64,000 bases of DNA, taken from the sequence record OR067834.1; one strand, 5' to 3'. Below the pieces are notes generated by a model, which saw nothing but the letters and a program-made list of their open reading frames with translations, was not told where the DNA came from and did no database searches. Shown here piece after piece: positions 59,222-64,000 of this stretch (positions within the stretch are counted from its first letter, which is position 1; each line of letters starts with the position of its first letter). The position numbers and the translations under genes were made by a program. Source of the DNA: Escherichia phage KKP 3715.

Positions 59222-59542
59222 TTAATCCTTTGGTTTAAGTACCTGGAAGGCATATACAGGACGTTTACTACGCCATTGGTTCATAGCCAGTTCACTGGCA
59301 GGAGAGCCATCATGTAAGTCATATATGAATGTAATTATATACTCTGGTTCCTCTGGGAAGTTCTCTGTAGAGAATGGTAGACCAGCTTCCTTTAATACAG
59401 GAACCAGTGGTGATTCTGGTTCACAGTAAATAGTGAACTCTTCGTTGAATGCTTTACTGGTCTGAGATACATAATCAATATTACGCATCATCTTATCTAC
59501 ATCTTTAAATGTATTATCATGTACTACTACGATGTTATTCAC
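59222..59542 (-). CDS. hypothetical early protein
   Basis: 106 aa ORF. Confidence 0.35.
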   Translation of the reverse strand: MNNIVVVHDNTFKDVDKMMRNIDYVSQTSKAFNEEFTIYCEPESPLVPVLKEAGLPFSTENFPEEPEYIITFIYDLHDGSPASELAMNQWRSKRPVYAFQVLKPKD

Positions 59543-59796
59543 TCTACTTTCTCCAGGGTTAGGTATACTGTATTTGGTTGAGGTACATAATCACAAAAAC
59601 CAATTTCCTCTTGTCTACCGCTAGACTTCCAAATACAGTTTTCGGTTAGCTTAGGCTTTCTACTAAATCCAATTAGTGATGCATTCTTACTCTTCTGAGG
59701 ACGAGGTAATAAGGCTACATATTTAACCCATAATGGGACTTCAATAGTTTGTCCCATATAGTTAAATGATTTAGTTACAGGGAATGTAATAATCAC
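59539..59796 (-). CDS. hypothetical early protein
   Basis: 85 aa ORF coupled to neighbours. Confidence 0.3.
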   Translation of the reverse strand: MIITFPVTKSFNYMGQTIEVPLWVKYVALLPRPQKSKNASLIGFSRKPKLTENCIWKSSGRQEEIGFCDYVPQPNTVYLTLEKVE

Positions 59797-60156
59797 TTAG
59801 TACCTCACCACTATTACTTTCTTATTATTGAACCGTGTCATAATATCAATCATGTGCTTGGTTCCTTTGGAATTACCATCCCAGAATGCTACAAGAACAT
59901 CTGCGAATTTAGCCATTTCAATATTACGTACATAACCTGCACGCTTACCTAGTCTGTCCCAGTCAGCATGGAACTCATGTATTACCATTCCTGCTTCATT
60001 CCAGAGATTATATGCTGTAAGGTCTGCTCCTCTAGCCATACCACATACAAGTTCAGGTGAATCAGTTATTTCACCTGATTCTACTAGCTTCTGTAATTCA
60101 GCAATCATACGATTGGTGTCAGTGAAGTCACGTCCACCAGCTACAATCAGTTTCAT
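59797..60156 (-). CDS. SLOG/DUF2493-like Rossmann-fold protein (tentative)
   Basis: 119 aa; KLIVAGGRDF...CGMARGADL...AGYVRNIEM follows the pattern recalled for the YspA/DprA-like SLOG family. Confidence 0.35.
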   Translation of the reverse strand: MKLIVAGGRDFTDTNRMIAELQKLVESGEITDSPELVCGMARGADLTAYNLWNEAGMVIHEFHADWDRLGKRAGYVRNIEMAKFADVLVAFWDGNSKGTKHMIDIMTRFNNKKVIVVRY

Positions 60157-60374
60157 TTCTGATACCCCTGTATATAGTTAATACGGCGAATACGCTGAGT
60201 AGATGCCTTAACAGCCATCTGTTGATTCTCTTCTTTGTGCTGATTATTTAACAACTTATCCCATTCTTCCTGGTTCCGTTGTTTCTGCAATATACGTCTA
60301 CAACGTTTATGATTGGCAACTCCACGTCCTTTCTTACAGACTGGGCATATACCATAATCGTTCGTGTACATCAT
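60153..60374 (-). CDS. small basic protein with CxxC (zinc-ribbon-like)
   Basis: 73 aa; GICPVCKKGRG then a Lys/Arg/Gln-rich tail. Confidence 0.3.
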   Translation of the reverse strand: MMYTNDYGICPVCKKGRGVANHKRCRRILQKQRNQEEWDKLLNNQHKEENQQMAVKASTQRIRRINYIQGYQK

Positions 60375-60685
60375 TGGCTTAAAGCCTCCATTAATATTTT
60401 ACGAATAACGTTAACATCAGATTCAGTACCAATTAAACCAACAGGTTTCTTAGTACTATCTGTGACAAAGGATGCAATCCTCTCCATCTCTGCTGTAATT
60501 AATTTGTCACCACTAATAAGACGATTACGAAGGTAAGCCTCATAAGCTACCTCTATATCTTCTACAGTGGTTCTTTCATTACGAGTGAATGGATTACTTA
60601 ATGGGAAGGGTAGATGTACCCGTATATTCCTGTCAGCTACTTTAGCTAAGTGAGGAAGAATACATACTATTTCATTTAGACTCAT
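60371..60685 (-). CDS. hypothetical early protein
   Basis: 104 aa ORF. Confidence 0.35.
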   Translation of the reverse strand: MSLNEIVCILPHLAKVADRNIRVHLPFPLSNPFTRNERTTVEDIEVAYEAYLRNRLISGDKLITAEMERIASFVTDSTKKPVGLIGTESDVNVIRKILMEALSQ

Positions 60686-60893
60686 CGACTAACCTTAATA
60701 CGTGTGACAGTTTCATTAACATAACTGCATCGGATAACTTGCTAGCATCACTATGGATGATAGCTCCATGATTACCTAGTGAATGATATTCTTCACTGGT
60801 TTCTTTAGCGTAATTACTAATAGCCTTAGTTACTTCATACGCACCATACATACGACACATATACTGTAATTGCTCAATGTGTTCTTGTTCCAT
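60672..60893 (-). CDS. hypothetical early protein
   Basis: 73 aa ORF. Confidence 0.3.
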   Translation of the reverse strand: MEQEHIEQLQYMCRMYGAYEVTKAISNYAKETSEEYHSLGNHGAIIHSDASKLSDAVMLMKLSHVLRLVDESK

Positions 60894-60931
60894 TATCCAC
60901 TCCTATTTAAATACATATCTAACTATTCAAG

Positions 60932-60966
60932 AATAAAAAATAGGAGCCTCCTATTGGAGGACTCCT
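60932..60966 (-). terminator. Rho-independent terminator (early region)
   Basis: On the - strand: AGGAGTCCTCC-AAT-AGGAGGCTCCT followed by TTTTTTATTC. Confidence 0.55.
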
Positions 60967-61024
60967 AGTTCTACTAATGCACCGTAGGTTAACAGTGCAC
61001 ACATAATTAATGTTATAGGCCAAT

Positions 61025-61237
61025 TCATATAAATGGATATAGGTAGTTGACTACACAATAGTATATGAACCATAAGCTATAGCCTATGCTCAATCCCTTA
61101 GTTAATGCAGTAACATAACCAAATATTGCAAAACCTCTGGCATCATTATTAGTAACAAAGGTTTTAGTGATATTACCGGCTACATTAGTGAGCCATACGT
61201 TCAGGTACAGTAATACTATAAAGATTATAAAATACAT
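61025..61237 (-). CDS. small membrane protein (hypothetical)
   Basis: 70 aa, two hydrophobic helices. Confidence 0.35.
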   Translation of the reverse strand: MYFIIFIVLLYLNVWLTNVAGNITKTFVTNNDARGFAIFGYVTALTKGLSIGYSLWFIYYCVVNYLYPFI

Positions 61238-61239
61238 GG

Positions 61240-61371
61240 TTAGTTTCCTAAGATTGGATGATTGAAGGTAACAATCTTACGTACTGGTTCAGATGTCTGT
61301 TGCTTAGCAGCTAGACGCTCTTTCATCTTTTGTACGTCAGCTTTGGTTCCCATGATTAATGACTTACGCAT
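61240..61371 (-). CDS. unannotated 43-codon ORF (basic small protein), not in the supplied ORF track
   Basis: ATG at 61371 with GGAG about 9 nt upstream; MRKSLIMGTKADVQKMKERLAAKQQTSEPVRKIVTFNHPILGN; stop lies 2 nt before the next gene's ATG; fills an otherwise empty ~300-nt gap. Confidence 0.3.
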   Translation of the reverse strand: MRKSLIMGTKADVQKMKERLAAKQQTSEPVRKIVTFNHPILGN

Positions 61372-61533
61372 GTTTAGTACTCCACATAAAGTTAAAAGGT
61401 TTATTGTTACGTACAATTCTTACAGCCATTTGATAACCATTGAGTTGCACTACACCATAGTGTCTTTTCTGTACTCCAGTGTGATATCTACGGAAGATAC
61501 ATTCTTCAATGGCATCCTCAATGTTAGTGAATA

Positions 61534-61752
61534 TCACTGGTTCCTCTTTGTGAACTCTTCTGCTTCTTTAGCCCAGAGTTGCTTACGAACTTCTTTAGCT
61601 ACTATGGAAGCAAACAGACACTTAACGAATACAACTGGTAACTTACAGATAAGTACCAGCTTAGTTCTTACCCACTTGGCTCCATTGAGAATGTAACCAC
61701 GCAGGCGATACAGTACATAGCAGAGTATTACAAACGCAATGAAGTCCAACAT
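61534..61752 (-). CDS. small membrane protein (hypothetical)
   Basis: 72 aa, N-terminal hydrophobic helix. Confidence 0.35.
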   Translation of the reverse strand: MLDFIAFVILCYVLYRLRGYILNGAKWVRTKLVLICKLPVVFVKCLFASIVAKEVRKQLWAKEAEEFTKRNQ

Positions 61753-61756
61753 AGTC

Positions 61757-62071
61757 TTATCCTTTCAGGCAGTTAGTATGTGCATAGTTTAAGTTATCCA
61801 AGGTAAATTCTTTACCTAGTTCTATTCTCTTACCACACTCATAGCATTTTTGTGATAGGTAATGTTTTTGCACATTGTGCAGTTTACGGATTTGTTTACG
61901 AGTAGGCTTAGCTACAAAGAAGTAGTCATAAGTACGTTCCCTGTTATCAGCTACAGATACCTGCCAACGAGCATCTAACGACATACCACAGGTGAAACCT
62001 CTAGATGCCATATGCCTTTCTAATGTTTCTACTAATTTCTGAGAGTTATAACGGTTACATAGTACACGCAT
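61757..62071 (-). CDS. early protein, paralog family member 1 (KPTxKQIR motif; C-terminal CxxC...C)
   Basis: 104 aa; AAGGAG RBS; shares W...Y.F.AKPTRKQIRKL with two other early ORFs; ends with CYECGKRIE...NC. Confidence 0.45.
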   Translation of the reverse strand: MRVLCNRYNSQKLVETLERHMASRGFTCGMSLDARWQVSVADNRERTYDYFFVAKPTRKQIRKLHNVQKHYLSQKCYECGKRIELGKEFTLDNLNYAHTNCLKG

Positions 62072-62176
62072 CTTGATTACTCCTTACTCTAAGTTATCTG
62101 CTTCTGTTTACATTTAAGTTTTAGTGACTCTTCGTCGAAAAGCCCCTAAAAGTTAAACTTAGTTTATCGCTGAGTT

Positions 62177-62208
62177 AAAAATAAAAGGACTACCCGAAGG
62201 TAGTCCCT
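62177..62208 (-). terminator. Rho-independent terminator (early region)
   Basis: On the - strand: perfect 8-bp GGACTACC-TTCG-GGTAGTCC followed by TTTTATTTTT. Confidence 0.6.
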
Positions 62209-62215
62209 TAGTTGA

Positions 62216-62512
62216 TTAGAAAGTCAGTTTACGAGCATATTTATTCTCGTCTGCTGGGATGTCAGCAGCCTCTGCTTTCACACGACGAAGTTGAACTTGC
62301 AGGTTAATGATACCTTCTTCACCTGGTTCCAGGTTCTGAGCATATTCGATTAACTGTTCCAGCAAATCGTTCTGTGCACAACGCATAGCACGGAAGTCAG
62401 CATTGCTGCTGTTAGTAGGCAGTGGTTCCTGAGTATCCAGTGGAATACCAGTAGGCAGAGAGATGAATTTCTCATCCTCAGAGCCTTCATTAGCAATATA
62501 ACCAATGTTCAA
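62216..62512 (-). CDS. hypothetical acidic early protein (TTG start in track)
   Basis: 98 aa, strongly acidic; no ATG near the 5' end, only a TTG with weak RBS, so the start is uncertain. Confidence 0.3.
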   Translation of the reverse strand: MNIGYIANEGSEDEKFISLPTGIPLDTQEPLPTNSSNADFRAMRCAQNDLLEQLIEYAQNLEPGEEGIINLQVQLRRVKAEAADIPADENKYARKLTF

Positions 62513-62534
62513 CCAGAACTGAGCCTTAGGCTTA

Positions 62535-62600
62535 GCAGTTTTTAGTTTCAGTGGTAGCAGCAGCGTTAGATTGACCGAAAGTGAATTTTTGAATAGACAT
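62535..62600 (-). CDS. unannotated 22-codon ORF with strong RBS
   Basis: ATG at 62600 preceded by GGAGAG; [22 protein letters not shown]; first ORF downstream of the 62711-62725 hairpin. Confidence 0.25.
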
Positions 62601-62710
62601 TTTGTACTCTCCAGATAAATGATTGTTTGATTTATGGGTTTGTCCGTCGGTGACTAAACCCAAGAAAAGACTTAAGATTTCAATGATTAGTGGATGCATT
62701 TACATCCTTT

Positions 62711-62725
62711 AGACGCGGAGCGTCT
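62711..62725 (-). promoter_or_regulatory. candidate virion-RNAP hairpin promoter (AGACGC-GGA-GCGTCT)
   Basis: 6-bp stem, 3-nt GGA loop, no U-tract; same core as the hairpins at 63045 and 63907; upstream of leftward early ORFs. Confidence 0.45.
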
Positions 62726-62731
62726 TGATAT

Positions 62732-63010
62732 TTACTTGAAGAAATGTGGATAGTCTTCTATGAATTGAGCTAAGTCATGTACATGCTCAATGACAGCTTT
62801 ACGCTTGCACTGGCGTACTTGTTTAGCCGTAGGCTTAGATGTGAAAGCATACTGATGTACAGATGCAGACATAGGGTTATCATCAACTGATATCTCTACA
62901 TCTACGGCCCAGTGTGCAGGATTAGAAGTGTACATCATTTGAGATTTAGTAAATGTAGTTGAATGATTAAATGGTGGTACATAGTGGATTGAGGTATGAA
63001 TAGTACGCAT
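62732..63010 (-). CDS. early protein, paralog family member 2 (KPTxKQVR motif)
   Basis: 92 aa; GGAGAT RBS; HWAVDV...YAFTSKPTAKQVRQ aligns with the other two paralogs. Confidence 0.45.
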   Translation of the reverse strand: MRTIHTSIHYVPPFNHSTTFTKSQMMYTSNPAHWAVDVEISVDDNPMSASVHQYAFTSKPTAKQVRQCKRKAVIEHVHDLAQFIEDYPHFFK

Positions 63011-63044
63011 AGCTTAATCTCCAATAGTTGAATGATATCCAATA

Positions 63045-63057
63045 GACGCGGAGCGTC
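63045..63057 (-). promoter_or_regulatory. candidate virion-RNAP hairpin promoter (GACGC-GGA-GCGTC)
   Basis: 5-bp stem, GGA loop, about 35 nt upstream of the ORF starting at 63010. Confidence 0.45.
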
Positions 63058-63091
63058 GTTACCTTACAGGCAACGCCTGCGGTCTGGTTTT

Positions 63092-63454
63092 TTAAGCATA
63101 CTGTGCAGTTTCTTTACGGAATGCACGTCGTAGTTTACGGATTTGTTTCTTTGTAGGTTTAGCATGGAATGTATGACATTCAATAATACGTAGTCTGTAC
63201 TTGATGACACCCTCTTCAGTGAACCATAGTTTCCAGCAAGCAAGGCTATGACCACCAAAGGTTATTCCTGGTTTTACGTAGTAAACATCAGTATTGAATC
63301 GCATTTTTACTTCTCCGTTAGCAGGATGGATTTTACTTTTTTGACCATTACCATAGTCAGTATTTACCAGAGGTTTTCCCATATGTACGGAAACCATAAC
63401 AACAAGTGCAAGGGCAATAACAATTGTGATTAGTGCATCTATTACTTTGCTCAT
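63092..63454 (-). CDS. early protein, paralog family member 3 (N-terminal membrane anchor, KPTKKQIRKL motif)
   Basis: Start moved to the ATG at 63454 (track start is TTG); N-terminal hydrophobic helix IDALITIVIALALVVMV; C-terminal CWKLW...HTFHAKPTKKQIRKL. Confidence 0.4.
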   Translation of the reverse strand: MSKVIDALITIVIALALVVMVSVHMGKPLVNTDYGNGQKSKIHPANGEVKMRFNTDVYYVKPGITFGGHSLACWKLWFTEEGVIKYRLRIIECHTFHAKPTKKQIRKLRRAFRKETAQYA

Positions 63455-63504
63455 AGTAGGATTCTCTTTTAACTTTTTATGCAAACTAGACTATCTATCT
63501 AATG

Positions 63505-63533
63505 TTTATAAAAGGAGACTCCGAAGAGCCTCC
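63505..63533 (-). terminator. Rho-independent terminator (early region)
   Basis: On the - strand: AGGAGGCTC-TTCG-GAGTCTCCT (one mismatch) followed by TTTTATAAAC. Confidence 0.45.
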
Positions 63534-63540
63534 TATTGAT

Positions 63541-63864
63541 TTAGTCTTTAGTCAGGATGTCAATTACTTTTGAATATTCTGCATTATAGATACGAGCGTT
63601 CTCTGAATCTTTGCAGAATTCTTCAATACTTTTCTTACGCATAGTCTCGTTCATAGCTGTTTCTTCAGCTAATTTGTTTACGAATGTATGCATTTCTAAT
63701 TTAGTACGAATGGCTTGTTTCTCTGCCATAGTAGATACATATGAGTTAAGCATACCTACTGCTTTAGTAGCTGTGCCAAATGTATCTGCAACAGTAGTAG
63801 CAGCAGAGTTAACAGTACCCAGTAAAGTTCCTGCGGTCATACGTACAGTAGCGGTAGTAGTCAT
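63541..63864 (-). CDS. hypothetical early protein
   Basis: 107 aa; first ORF downstream of the hairpin at 63907-63921. Confidence 0.4.
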   Translation of the reverse strand: MTTTATVRMTAGTLLGTVNSAATTVADTFGTATKAVGMLNSYVSTMAEKQAIRTKLEMHTFVNKLAEETAMNETMRKKSIEEFCKDSENARIYNAEYSKVIDILTKD

Positions 63865-63906
63865 GATGATAGCTCCAATAGTTGATGATAGGACGACATG
63901 TCCATA

Positions 63907-63921
63907 ACATGCGGAGCATGT
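63907..63921 (-). promoter_or_regulatory. candidate virion-RNAP hairpin promoter (ACATGC-GGA-GCATGT)
   Basis: 6-bp stem, GGA loop, about 45 nt upstream of the ORF starting at 63864. Confidence 0.4.
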
Positions 63922-64000
63922 GTAACGTGTAAGGTGGGGTAGGGTAGTGGCTACAGGGTCAACATACCGGGGGGGATGGTTGAGTGTAAGGGTGTAGCCC

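Noticed and set aside
61262-61696. 144-codon + strand ORF in the early region
   Set aside because: Opposes the direction of all surrounding early genes, promoters and terminators; more likely a chance open frame. The 43-codon - strand ORF in the same interval has a better start context.
62711-63921. The GC-GGA-GC hairpins as intrinsic terminators
   Set aside because: Stems are only 5-6 bp and neither strand has a U-tract after them, unlike the bona fide terminators nearby; position upstream of ORFs fits promoters better.
1-64000. Prophage or mobile-element signatures and CRISPR arrays
   Set aside because: No integrase, recombinase, transposase, attachment-site-like flanking repeats or regularly spaced repeat-spacer arrays were seen; gene content and organisation are those of a strictly lytic phage.

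Overview
The window reads as nearly one contiguous genome of a lytic N4-like (Schitoviridae-type) podophage of a Gram-negative host, seen in two convergent arms. The + strand (1-27251) carries the late/virion module: two beta-helix tailspike/fibre genes (the first cut by the window edge), a lysis cassette (two small membrane proteins, a GH108 signal-anchor endolysin, an i-spanin with an embedded lipoprotein o-spanin), portal, putative scaffold, major capsid protein, several virion proteins and a ~3450-codon virion RNA polymerase gene. The - strand (27286-64000) carries, from right to left: an early region of many small ORFs punctuated by three GC-GGA-GC hairpins (candidate virion-RNAP promoters) and hairpin/U-tract terminators; a T7-like RNA polymerase split into two genes; an Ig-like decoration protein; a MoxR-like AAA+ ATPase with a vWA/metallopeptidase partner; nucleotide-metabolism genes; rIIA/rIIB-like genes; a replication module (SF1 helicase, family A DNA polymerase, nuclease, primase-like, P-loop ATPase, SSB-like, RuvC-like resolvase); and a ~2.2 kb ORF-free block holding two tRNA genes plus further tRNA-like elements of atypical structure. 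No integrase, CRISPR array or transposon was seen. Calls rest on motifs read by eye, size and gene order compared with phage N4 from memory; no database search was run. Coordinates of RNA elements and hairpins are hand-derived and may be off by a few nucleotides.
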